A DNA stretch of 64,000 nucleotides from an uncultured Pseudomonadota bacterium (GTDB taxonomy: Bacteria; Pseudomonadota; Gammaproteobacteria; Burkholderiales; SG8-39). Numbering within the stretch: position 1 is the stretch's first letter; every line of letters begins with the position of its first letter. The stretch lies in contig CAIKRR010000030.1 of assembly GCA_903829815.1 (NCBI GenBank), positions 25,730 through 89,729 on the forward strand. Reading direction: 5' to 3'. A model generated the notes under the pieces. It ran no database searches and was not told the origin of the DNA. It saw nothing but the letters and a program-made list of their open reading frames with translations. Made by a program: the position numbers and the translations under genes. Shown here piece by piece: positions 39,338-49,838 of this stretch.

Positions 39338-39829
39338 ATGTCGACCCGCATCGATTCAGCCGTGTCTGCACTGGTGCTCGACGAGGCTCGCCTCATCGAC
39401 CAGAAACGCTGGGCCGAATGGCTCATGCTCTACACCGAAGACGCCGTGTTCTGGATGCCCTCATGGAAAGACGAGACGCACACCACCGACGATCCTGAAT
39501 TGCAACTCAACCTCATCTACCTGCCCAATCGGCAGGGGCTTGAAGACCGCATCTACCGCATCGAGACCGGGGATTCGTTTGCCTCGGTACCGCTTGATCG
39601 CACGACCCATGTGGTGGGCGGCGCACTGGTCACCGGCGAGAGCCCGGCCGGCATCCAGGCGTGGGCGGGCTGGATCGTGCACACCTACGGCTACCGGGGC
39701 ACGACCACCCGCAGCGGCAGCTACGAATACCTGCTGCGGGAAACGGCCGAGGGGCTGCGCATTGCGCGCAAGAAGGTGGTGATGATCGATGACCGCCTTG
39801 AAGGCGCGGTCGACGTCTATCACGTGTGA
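39338..39829 (+). CDS. Ring-hydroxylating dioxygenase beta subunit (BenB-like)
   Basis: EARLID..W..W, FWMP, GLEDRIYRI, ASVPLDRTTH, IARKKV, DVYHV. Confidence 0.92.
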   Translation: MSTRIDSAVSALVLDEARLIDQKRWAEWLMLYTEDAVFWMPSWKDETHTTDDPELQLNLIYLPNRQGLEDRIYRIETGDSFASVPLDRTTHVVGGALVTGESPAGIQAWAGWIVHTYGYRGTTTRSGSYEYLLRETAEGLRIARKKVVMIDDRLEGAVDVYHV

Positions 39830-39850
39830 ACACGCAGCACTGCCTTGCGG

Positions 39851-40633
39851 TCAGGGCAGTGCACCCCGCGCTGCCAGCCCGCCATCCACCGAGAGAATGC
39901 AACCGCTCGTGTAGGACGAGCGCGGCGAGGCCAGAAAGACGACGCTGTCGGCAATCTCCGGGGGCGTGGCAGGTCGCTTGAAGGGCATGTTGGCAAAGAG
40001 CTCGCGCCAGCGACTCTCGTCACCGAGACGCTGCAGGGCACGGCGCTTCACCATCGTCTCGAGCCGATCGGACTCGACCGGACCCGGATTGACACCGAGC
40101 ACCCGCACCCCGACATCACCGCTGGTGGAACCCAGCGCACGCGTGAATGCCATCAGGGCAGCGTTGCCGGTACTGCCGGCGATGTAGCCCGAATCAAGCC
40201 GCTCGCCAGTGGTGCCTATCACGTTCACGATGACACCCGACCCGCGCGTCTTCATCGGACCAAAGAACGCACGGCACAGGTTGATGTAGCCAAACACCTT
40301 GAGGTCCCAGGCGGCGCGCCAGCGCGTCTCGTCGACATCGGCAATGGAACCAGGCGGGATCGAACCTGCATTGTTCACCAGAATGTCCGTCGTGTCGGCG
40401 AGGCCGGCAAGGTGCTGCTGCGCAGCCGCCTGCGAGCAGTCGAGCCCGTGTACGTCAACCGGTACGCCATGCGCGTCGCGCACACCCGCCGCGGCGCGCT
40501 CGAGTTCATCGGCCGAGCGCGCGACCAGGCGCAGCGCACAGCCCTCGGCGGCAAAGGCATGCGCGATGGCAAGCCCGATGCCCTTCGATGCGCCGGTGAC
40601 CAGCACCCGCTGTCCCTTCAGTTTCAGATCCAT
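39851..40633 (-). CDS. SDR family oxidoreductase (atypical, no YxxxK)
   Basis: TGASKGIG, NNAG, GSTGNAAL, VDGG. Confidence 0.9.
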   Translation of the reverse strand: MDLKLKGQRVLVTGASKGIGLAIAHAFAAEGCALRLVARSADELERAAAGVRDAHGVPVDVHGLDCSQAAAQQHLAGLADTTDILVNNAGSIPPGSIADVDETRWRAAWDLKVFGYINLCRAFFGPMKTRGSGVIVNVIGTTGERLDSGYIAGSTGNAALMAFTRALGSTSGDVGVRVLGVNPGPVESDRLETMVKRRALQRLGDESRWRELFANMPFKRPATPPEIADSVVFLASPRSSYTSGCILSVDGGLAARGALP

Positions 40634-40738
40634 ATCCGACTGCACCCACCGTTTTCACGAAAAAAGTCGAGCGATCGAGCGTTCGCTCATGCAAACCCCG
40701 GCCCGTACACCTGCACGGCCCGCGCTCGGACACGCCGG

Positions 40739-41791
40739 TCAATCAAGCTGGAACCCGGTGGCCCGGATGATGCCGGCCCATCGCAGACGATCGCGTCCGA
40801 TGCGCTCAGCCAATTCGCGTGGCGTGCTTGGTCGCGGCTCGAGGCCTTGTTCACGAAAGAGTTCGCGCAATTCCGCCCCGGCCAGTGTGCTGCGCGCAGC
40901 CGCACCCAGTCGGGCAATGGCCTCCGATGAAGTACCCCTGGGCGCCATCAGTGAAAACCACGTTACCAGCTCGAAATCGGCAAGCCCGGCCTCGCGAGCC
41001 GTGGGCACATCGGGGAGCGCGGACAGCCGTGCAGGTCCGGTGACGGCCAGCGCACGCAGTCGCCCTGACTGCAGGTTCTGCACCTGAAACGAGGCCACCT
41101 GATCGATCATGAACTGCACCTGCCCGGCCAGCAGGTCGACCAGCGCGGGCGCCGCTCCCTTGTAGGGAACATGCACGGTCTGCACATTGGCCAGGCGGTT
41201 GAAGTGCTCACCCGCAAAGTGCAGGATCGTGCCGCTGCCGATCGAACTGTAGTTGAGTTGCCCAGGCCGGCTACGCGCCAGTTCGATGAACTCACCGAGC
41301 GTGCGAGCTGGCACCGCACCGTTCACGACAAGGAGGAAGGGTGCCTCGGAAATGAGCGTGATCGGTTCGAAGGCTGCATCGGGTTCGTAGGCCAGCGACC
41401 GATACAGGCTGGGTGCCAGAGCAAGCGTCGACACCGTGCCCAGCCCGATGTTCAATCCATCAGGGCTCGAGCGCGCCAGCAGCGTCGATCCTATGGTGCC
41501 CCCGGCCCCGGCGCGATTGTCCACCACGATCTGCTGACCCAGCGCTTCCCCCAGACCGCGCGCGACGATACGCGAGACCAGATCGGCTGAACCGCCTGCC
41601 GGGAAAGGTACGATGAAACGAATCGACCCGCGCGCACCGGCACCTGCACCTGCGCCTTGCGCCAGAGCGGAGCCCGAGAGCACAAGAGCCAGCACCCCGA
41701 GCAGGCCGGGCAAGCAGCGCAAGGGCCTCGCAAGAACACGGCGCCCGCAAGCCCGGGCCGCACGGCGCCAGAACTGCCGCAATGGGTTCAC
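40739..41791 (-). CDS. Bug/TctC substrate-binding protein
   Basis: IVPFPAGGSAD, NRAGAGG, HVPYKGAAPA; GTGA overlap. Confidence 0.93.
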   Translation of the reverse strand: MNPLRQFWRRAARACGRRVLARPLRCLPGLLGVLALVLSGSALAQGAGAGAGARGSIRFIVPFPAGGSADLVSRIVARGLGEALGQQIVVDNRAGAGGTIGSTLLARSSPDGLNIGLGTVSTLALAPSLYRSLAYEPDAAFEPITLISEAPFLLVVNGAVPARTLGEFIELARSRPGQLNYSSIGSGTILHFAGEHFNRLANVQTVHVPYKGAAPALVDLLAGQVQFMIDQVASFQVQNLQSGRLRALAVTGPARLSALPDVPTAREAGLADFELVTWFSLMAPRGTSSEAIARLGAAARSTLAGAELRELFREQGLEPRPSTPRELAERIGRDRLRWAGIIRATGFQLD

Positions 41792-42831
41792 TCGCTGTCT
41801 CCATTGAAGCCGCTCGAGCGAATCACATCACCCCAGCGGCGCCAGTCGGTCTGCACCTGCGCAGCGAACTCTGGTGCAGTCATTTCACGGATATCGAGGT
41901 CGAGCGTGCGCATGCGTTCACGCACGCCTGGGGTTCGCATCGACTGAACAATGAGGGTGTTGATGCGCGCACTGACCTCGGGCGAGGTGCCCGGAGGCGC
42001 AAAGAGTCCGAACCAGAAGTCGGCAATCAGGCCCGGATACCCCGACTCGGCAAAGGTCGGCACCTCGGGGGCGGCCGCGCTGCGGCGCGTTCCCGAGGCG
42101 GCAACGATTGCGATACGGCCCGCGCGCGCCTGCACGAGCAGCGTGCCCAGGGGTTGCACCGTACTCGCGACATGCCCCGCCATGAGATCGGCAACAGCAG
42201 GGGCAGCGCCCTTGTACGGTACATGACGCAGGGGTATCGCCAGGGCCTGCGCGATCAGCAGGCCGTACAGATGGGTCGACCCACCCGCCCCCCCCGAGGC
42301 GAAGGTGGCCACGGCCGAGTTGGCCTTGGCCCAGCGGCTGAAAAGCGTCAGATCCGCAATGAGCGGTGCGCCCGAGGACGTTGTGCCAACCACGGGTGAC
42401 GCAGCACTCGCAGCCACCGCAAATCCCATCGACCAGGCACCGGTGTGCGCGATGGGTGTCAGGTCGAACACCGGCTCGGGGCTGCCCGCCTGTCGCTGTG
42501 CCTGCGGCTGCAAAATCACCGTCGCATCAGGCGCCAGCATCAGCGTATTGCCATCGGCCGTCGCCGCGCGCAGCAGCTCGGTGGCCAGGCGGCCTCCTGC
42601 ACCCGGACGATTGTCGACCACCACCGGCCGCCCTGTCGCTTCGGCCAGGCGCTCGGCAAAGAGCCGGGCCAGAATATCGACACCGCCCCCGGGCGGGAAC
42701 CCGGCCAGCAGGCGTACCGGTCCGCGCGCGCCGGGCGTCGTCGAGGCCACTTGAGCCAGCGCCAACGATGGCGCCAGCAGCAGCGCCGTGACTGCAGCGG
42801 CCAGCGGCCCACGCCAAGAACGCTTCGGCAT
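41788..42831 (-). CDS. Bug/TctC substrate-binding protein
   Basis: AGFPPGGGVD, NRPGAGG, HVPYKGAAPA; GGAG RBS before ATG 42831 followed by a signal peptide. Confidence 0.9.
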   Translation of the reverse strand: MPKRSWRGPLAAAVTALLLAPSLALAQVASTTPGARGPVRLLAGFPPGGGVDILARLFAERLAEATGRPVVVDNRPGAGGRLATELLRAATADGNTLMLAPDATVILQPQAQRQAGSPEPVFDLTPIAHTGAWSMGFAVAASAASPVVGTTSSGAPLIADLTLFSRWAKANSAVATFASGGAGGSTHLYGLLIAQALAIPLRHVPYKGAAPAVADLMAGHVASTVQPLGTLLVQARAGRIAIVAASGTRRSAAAPEVPTFAESGYPGLIADFWFGLFAPPGTSPEVSARINTLIVQSMRTPGVRERMRTLDLDIREMTAPEFAAQVQTDWRRWGDVIRSSGFNGDSE

Positions 42832-42901
42832 TGTCGTCTCCATCCCTGATCCGGTACTGGCCATGCAGGGCGCCACTATACCGTGGCACACCGGAGGCGT
42901 T

Positions 42902-42955
42902 GACACAGGAGACACCGGAGACACAGGAGACACCGGAGACACAGGAGACACAGGG
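42902..42955. repeat. Tandem repeat, 6 x 9 bp (GACACMGGA)
   Basis: gacacagga gacaccgga gacacagga gacaccgga gacacagga gacacaggg. Confidence 0.95.
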
Positions 42956-42974
42956 CCGCAACAGGACAAACAAC

Positions 42975-43002
42975 AAAAAAGCCAGGCGCATGGCCTGGCT
43001 TT
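42975..43002 (-). terminator. Rho-independent terminator of groESL
   Basis: 10-bp stem AAAGCCAGGC-gcatg-GCCTGGCTTT with a T6 tract on the minus strand, about 85 nt downstream of the groEL stop. Confidence 0.88.
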
Positions 43003-43086
43003 CCTGATTCACTGACTGGCCGGTGGTGTGACCACCGGCCAGGTTGGCTGGGCGCGCGTACCGCTACGCGCCCGGGCCGACGGACA

Positions 43087-44769
<1,683 letters not shown>

Positions 44770-44799
44770 TCAATCAGTGTGGTGCCTGTACGGCGTTGC

Positions 44800-45087
44800 T
44801 CAGGCAACGACGCCCATGATGTCTTCCTCGCGCATCACGAGGTACTCGATACCATCGACCTTCACGGTGGAACCGGAATACTTGCCAAACAGCACGCGAT
44901 CGCCGACCTTCACATCGAGCGGACGAACCTTGCCGTCCTCGAGGATCTTGCCATTGCCAATCGCCATGACCTCGCCCTGATCGGGCTTCTCGGCAGCTGC
45001 ATCGGGAATCAGGATGCCACCGGCAGACTTGCGCTCTTCTTCCAGTCGCTTCACGACCACGCGATCATGCAAAGGACGAATATTCAT
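44800..45087 (-). CDS. groS: Co-chaperonin GroES
   Basis: [31 protein letters not shown]. Confidence 0.99.
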   Translation of the reverse strand: MNIRPLHDRVVVKRLEEERKSAGGILIPDAAAEKPDQGEVMAIGNGKILEDGKVRPLDVKVGDRVLFGKYSGSTVKVDGIEYLVMREEDIMGVVA

Positions 45088-45194
45088 GAATTTTCTCCAT
45101 CAAACGTTGGTGATTGACCACTTGTAGCCCGCTCCCTGGATGCAGGTGGGGTAGGCGCCGTGGTCGGGCGCACCGCGTCGGGCACCCGTGTGTG

Positions 45195-45221
45195 TTAGCA
45201 CTCAGGCTACGCGAGTGCTGA
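45195..45221. promoter_or_regulatory. CIRCE element (HrcA operator)
   Basis: TTAGCACTC-N9-GAGTGCTGA, one mismatch to the consensus TTAGCACTC-N9-GAGTGCTAA, upstream of groES. Confidence 0.92.
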
Positions 45222-45222
45222 T

Positions 45223-45250
45223 AATAGGGGTTCCGCTGCATATTTTCAAC
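45223..45250 (-). promoter_or_regulatory. Sigma32 (RpoH)-type promoter of groESL
   Basis: Minus strand GTTGAA-N14-CCCCTAT, immediately upstream of CIRCE. Confidence 0.7.
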
Positions 45251-45311
45251 CCCAGAGCAAACGATTCCCTAAAATGGGACGATCGACCTGCGCTGAATCA
45301 AGCCTTGCCTC

Positions 45312-46958
45312 ATGCCTGCACGCCGCCCGCTGTCGCCTTTTTCGGCCTCGCCTCGCCGGTTCGGTGCCAGGGCACTCGAGCTTGAAGCACTCGGGCCGCC
45401 ACTGTTGAGGTTGCCCCTGATCCTCGCCTTCGAAGTCGTGGGCGCGATCCTGTTCGCCTTCGTTCCAGGCTGCGCGGCCGCAGACCCGGCAATCACTGCG
45501 ACGGCCGCCAGACCTGCGACCGAAGCGCTGCCGGCGCCGATAGCGCAAGCGCTCAACGATGCCGGCATCCCGCTCTCGACAGTTGGACTCGTCGTGCAGG
45601 CTGTCGGCACCGAGCAGGCCCGGCTCGAACTGAATGCAACGCTGCCGCTGAACCCTGCATCGGCGATGAAGTTGGTGAGCACTTACGCGGCTCTTCATCT
45701 GCTCGGCCCCGCCTGGCGCTGGAACACGCAGTTGCTGAGCACACGCAATCCTCAGGACGGCATCCTCGAGGGCGATGTCTTCGTGCGTGGCGCGGGCGAC
45801 CCGAAACTCACCGCCGATGCACTGCGTGAGGCCCTGCGTACCTTGCGTGCCCGTGGCGTGCGCGACATTCGGGGCGATCTGGTCCTGGATCGCAGTCTCT
45901 TCGAGACCGACGACATCGATCCCGGACACTTCGACCAGGAGCCCACCCGCCCCTACAACGTCGGACCCGACCCGCTGCTCATGCAGTTCAAGGCGATCCG
46001 CTTCCAGTTCATCCCTGACACCGAACGTGGCACCATCACGGTCGCGGCCGACCCTGCGCTGCCCCAGATTGAAACCCAGGCCGCCGTGCGAAGCACCGCC
46101 GGTCCCTGCCCCGACTGGCGCAGCCAATTGCGGCTCGACGTGCAGGGCACCGCGCGAAGCGCCCGGGTCGGATTCAGCGGATCGATGCCAGCCAGTTGCG
46201 GCGAACGCAACTGGTATCTGGGCCTGCTCTCGCACCCGGAATTCTTCAACGCCCTGTTCCGCGCCCTGTGGACCGAACTGGGCGGAACCCTCTCGGGTGG
46301 GCTCCGCGAAGCGCGCGTGCCGGCCGATGCGCGCGTGCTTGCCAGCATCGAATCGCCCGCCCTCGCCGAGGTGGTGCGCGACATCAACAAGTACTCCAAC
46401 AACGTGATGGCCCGACAGCTCTTTCTGAACCTGTCCGCCCCCGTTGACGGGGCCACTGCGGGTGCGTCTCTGGCCGGCTCGGCACGGCGCGTCGAAGCGC
46501 TGCTGCGCTCGCGCAGCATCGACAGCCAAGGCCTCGTGCTCGACAACGGCTCGGGACTGTCACGCAGTGAACGCATCAGTGCCGCCACCCTCACGCGCAT
46601 CCTCCTCGATGCCTGGTCGAGCAACGTGATGCCCGAGTTCATATCCTCGATGCCGATTGCCGCAGTCGATGGCACCTTGCGCACGCGAGCGGGCCTGCGC
46701 TCAATGGCCGGCGACGCTCACATCAAGACCGGTAGCCTGGCCGAGGTGCGATCCATTGCCGGCTTCGTCCAGACCCCGAAGGGCGAGCGCTACGCAGTCG
46801 TGATGATCGTGAACAGCCCCAATGCGGCACGCGTCACCGCGGCACAGGATGCCCTGCTGCGCTGGGTCCACGGCCTGGGCGCGAGCGCAACCACAGCGCC
46901 TCGTGAGTCATCGGCAGTTCGTCAATCGACTCGGAAAGCGGCGCCAGTGCATCGTTGA
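45312..46958 (+). CDS. dacB: D-alanyl-D-alanine carboxypeptidase/endopeptidase (PBP4, peptidase S13)
   Basis: PASAMK (SxxK), GAGDP, SNN, DNGSGLSR, KTG. Confidence 0.94.
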   Translation: MPARRPLSPFSASPRRFGARALELEALGPPLLRLPLILAFEVVGAILFAFVPGCAAADPAITATAARPATEALPAPIAQALNDAGIPLSTVGLVVQAVGTEQARLELNATLPLNPASAMKLVSTYAALHLLGPAWRWNTQLLSTRNPQDGILEGDVFVRGAGDPKLTADALREALRTLRARGVRDIRGDLVLDRSLFETDDIDPGHFDQEPTRPYNVGPDPLLMQFKAIRFQFIPDTERGTITVAADPALPQIETQAAVRSTAGPCPDWRSQLRLDVQGTARSARVGFSGSMPASCGERNWYLGLLSHPEFFNALFRALWTELGGTLSGGLREARVPADARVLASIESPALAEVVRDINKYSNNVMARQLFLNLSAPVDGATAGASLAGSARRVEALLRSRSIDSQGLVLDNGSGLSRSERISAATLTRILLDAWSSNVMPEFISSMPIAAVDGTLRTRAGLRSMAGDAHIKTGSLAEVRSIAGFVQTPKGERYAVVMIVNSPNAARVTAAQDALLRWVHGLGASATTAPRESSAVRQSTRKAAPVHR

Positions 46959-49272
46959 TGGCACTGGCAATGGCAGCCGGCCCGCCCAGATAGCCCGCCT
47001 CACCCGAGCCCTTCTGACCAAACGTGGTGAGGGGTGAGGGCGTGCAATGGTCGACGATGGACATCGAGGGCACTTCGTGTGCGCTGGGAATGAGGTAGTC
47101 CATGAAGGTGCCGGCCAGCAGTTGACCCTCTTCGGAGAACGCAAACTTCTCGTACAGCGCGGCACCAATGCCGTGCGCAATGCCCCCGAAGGTCATGCCG
47201 TGCACGATGTCAGGGCTGATCATGACGCCACAATCGTGACCACAGACGTAGCGATGAATCTGCGGCTTCCCGGTATCGCGATCGATCTCCAGATACACCA
47301 CATGCGTCTCGAAGGAATGGCAGGGGTACATCTGGATGCGTCCGTCGGGCGTGGGCAAGCCACCACCGGTGGGCACCTCCCAGACAAAACTGGCTTGCAA
47401 TCCGGGCTCCAGTCCAGCCGGCATGCGGTGGAACTTACGGTGCGCAATCTCGACCAACTGGTCCCAGCTCATCGACCGATCGGGATCTCCGGTGACACGC
47501 ACCTCACCACCCACGTATTCGAGCGCCTCGAGCGGCAGTTCCAGATTGTGCGCGGCGATCGCCATCAGGCTAGCCCTGATACGCCGCGCAGCGCCGGCCG
47601 CAGCACCACCGAGCATGATGGCCATGCGACTGCCCACCGGACTGTTGGAGGGCAGCGCGTTGAGCGAATCGGCATGAATGACACGAATGGAGGAGGGTTC
47701 GCGTTCGAGGACCTCGCCCACCACGGTGGAGACGAGCGTCTCGTGCCCCTGCCCCGAGGAGCTCGTATTCATCACGGCGGTGATCGACCCCGACAGATCC
47801 ACCCGCACGAGCGAGGCTTCCATCCAGGTGGTGGTTTCATTCTTCGGGTTGAACAGCACCTCGAAAGACGAGTTGCCGCCGCTGGGCTCAAGACAGGTGG
47901 CAATGCCGATACCGGCCAGACGACCCTGGGCACGTGCAGCATCGCGACGGCGCACGAGCTCCTCGTGCCCGGCCTGCGCAAGCGCCTTGTCGAGCACCGC
48001 CTCGTAATCGCCAGAGTCGTAGTGCGTTCCGCTGGGAATCAGATACGGAAACTCGTCGCGCCCGATCAGATTGCGTCGCCGCACTTCGATCCGGTCGATA
48101 CCCAGTTGACGGGCCATGCGATCCATGGCGGTTTCGATCGCATAGTTGGTCGGGGCCTGGCCAAAACCGCGCACGGCCTCCTGCGGCGTCTTGTTGGTCA
48201 TCACCGAGCAGGGCTCGTATTCGACGTGCCTGATGCGATAGGGGCCACAGATTGCGCCCACCGGCTTGCCCAACTGCAGCGGCGAACGTCCGGCATAGGC
48301 GCCCACATCATCGAGCGCACGAATCCGCATCGCCTGAACCACGCCCCGATCATCAAACGCAAGCGCCACATCGAAGATGCGATCGGGCCCCTGCATGTCG
48401 CCGCCGCGCATGTTCTCGAGCCGGTCTTCTATGAGGCGCACCGGCACCCCGAGCTTGCGCGCCAGATAGCCTGCAAGCACGGTGTGCTTGATGCCGCGCT
48501 TGACGCCATAACTGCCACCGACATCGACATCGAAGTGCACCCGCACCGCATTGCCCGGGAGGCGCAAGGCGCGAGCGGTCTGATCGGGATACTTGGGCAT
48601 CTGGATCGATGCCCAGATATCGAGAATCTCGGTGCCTGCACTCCACTGCGCCAGCACCGCGAAGGTCTCGATCGGCACGGTCGACGAGCGCCCCCAGCGA
48701 ACGCGGCATTCGAGTTGATGCGCTGCCTGCGCAAAGCTCTTGTCGACCTCTCCCCAGACGAACTTGCGCCGGTAAAGCACATTGGACGGATGCGCAGCGT
48801 GAACGCTCGGGGCATCCGCTCTGACCGCCACTTCAGGGTCGATGACGAAGGGCAGCGATTCGTAGACCACATCGACCAGCTCAGCCGCGTCTTCAGCCAG
48901 AGCCCTGCTGTCAGCCACCACCGCGGCCACCCACTCGCCGGCGTAGCGCACCACATCGACCGCCAGCGGATACCGTTTCACCCCGGGCGCATCGACACCC
49001 ACATAGAGAAAGTCGGTGTGCTGCGCGAGTTCTTCGCCGGTGAGTACGGCCACCACACCGGGAAGAGCCAGTGCCGAGCGCGCATCGATCGAGACGATGC
49101 GCGCCGAGGGATACGGACTGGCGACCAGCGCCACGTGCTTCATCCCCGGCAGGTGCACATCAGCCGCATAACGCCCACGGCCCATCACGAAGCGCGGATC
49201 TTCGCGGGTGCGCCGATGCGTACCGATGTAACGAAAGTGCTGCCCGGCAGCCGGTTGACCAGGGTCAGTCAT
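46834..49272 (-). CDS. Xanthine dehydrogenase-family molybdopterin-binding subunit (CoxL-like, not CO dehydrogenase)
   Basis: EDPRFVMGRGRY, GGSYGVK, AVRGFG, GQGHET, KGSGEAG (catalytic Glu). Confidence 0.92.
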   Translation of the reverse strand: MTDPGQPAAGQHFRYIGTHRRTREDPRFVMGRGRYAADVHLPGMKHVALVASPYPSARIVSIDARSALALPGVVAVLTGEELAQHTDFLYVGVDAPGVKRYPLAVDVVRYAGEWVAAVVADSRALAEDAAELVDVVYESLPFVIDPEVAVRADAPSVHAAHPSNVLYRRKFVWGEVDKSFAQAAHQLECRVRWGRSSTVPIETFAVLAQWSAGTEILDIWASIQMPKYPDQTARALRLPGNAVRVHFDVDVGGSYGVKRGIKHTVLAGYLARKLGVPVRLIEDRLENMRGGDMQGPDRIFDVALAFDDRGVVQAMRIRALDDVGAYAGRSPLQLGKPVGAICGPYRIRHVEYEPCSVMTNKTPQEAVRGFGQAPTNYAIETAMDRMARQLGIDRIEVRRRNLIGRDEFPYLIPSGTHYDSGDYEAVLDKALAQAGHEELVRRRDAARAQGRLAGIGIATCLEPSGGNSSFEVLFNPKNETTTWMEASLVRVDLSGSITAVMNTSSSGQGHETLVSTVVGEVLEREPSSIRVIHADSLNALPSNSPVGSRMAIMLGGAAAGAARRIRASLMAIAAHNLELPLEALEYVGGEVRVTGDPDRSMSWDQLVEIAHRKFHRMPAGLEPGLQASFVWEVPTGGGLPTPDGRIQMYPCHSFETHVVYLEIDRDTGKPQIHRYVCGHDCGVMISPDIVHGMTFGGIAHGIGAALYEKFAFSEEGQLLAGTFMDYLIPSAHEVPSMSIVDHCTPSPLTTFGQKGSGEAGYLGGPAAIASAINDALAPLSESIDELPMTHEALWLRSRPGRGPSAAGHPVPR

Positions 49273-49289
49273 GACAACTCCAGAACCAT

Positions 49290-49838
49290 TCAGGCGGCGG
49301 GTGCCGCAGGAGAAGCGTCAGCCGCCGTGGCCGGTTGGCCAGCACCACCCGCCAGACGGGCAGAGGCCAGGCGAACCGCATCGACGATCTGCTGATAACC
49401 GGTGCAACGGCACAGATTGCCGCCGATCGCATCGCGAATCTCGAATTCAGTGGGCTGCACATTGCGATCGAGCAACGCCTGCGCGGCAATGAGCATGCCC
49501 GGCGTGCAGTAGCCACACTGCAAGCCGTGGGCCTCGCAGAAACTGTCCTGGAGCACGCTCATCGAGCCATCGGGGTTCGCCAGCCCCTCGACGGTAGTGA
49601 TGCGATGGCCGGCAGCCTGCACCGCGAACATGAGGCATGAGCGCACCGGTCTGTCATCGAGCATCACCGAGCATGCGCCGCAGATGCCGTGCTCGCAGCC
49701 GACATGCGTTCCGGTCAGCCGGAGCGTCTCGCGCAGGAAGTCGACCAGCGACGTTCTGGCGGTACATGCGCCGCTGCGAGCCTGCCCGTTCACGACCAGA
49801 CTCACCTCATGCAGGCGCTCGCCGGTGCGATCACTCAT
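49290..49838 (-). CDS. 2Fe-2S subunit (CoxS-like)
   Basis: GCEHGICGAC, QCGYCTPG, NLCRCTGY; ATGA overlap. Confidence 0.95.
   Translation of the reverse strand: MSDRTGERLHEVSLVVNGQARSGACTARTSLVDFLRETLRLTGTHVGCEHGICGACSVMLDDRPVRSCLMFAVQAAGHRITTVEGLANPDGSMSVLQDSFCEAHGLQCGYCTPGMLIAAQALLDRNVQPTEFEIRDAIGGNLCRCTGYQQIVDAVRLASARLAGGAGQPATAADASPAAPAA

Noticed and set aside
42902..42955. Possible CRISPR array
   Set aside because: Contiguous 9-bp units with no spacers and no cas genes
42832..42969. PVS-repeat N-terminal extension of the Bug ORF (TTG start at 42969)
   Set aside because: It begins beside the terminator; ATG 42831 has an RBS and is followed by a signal peptide
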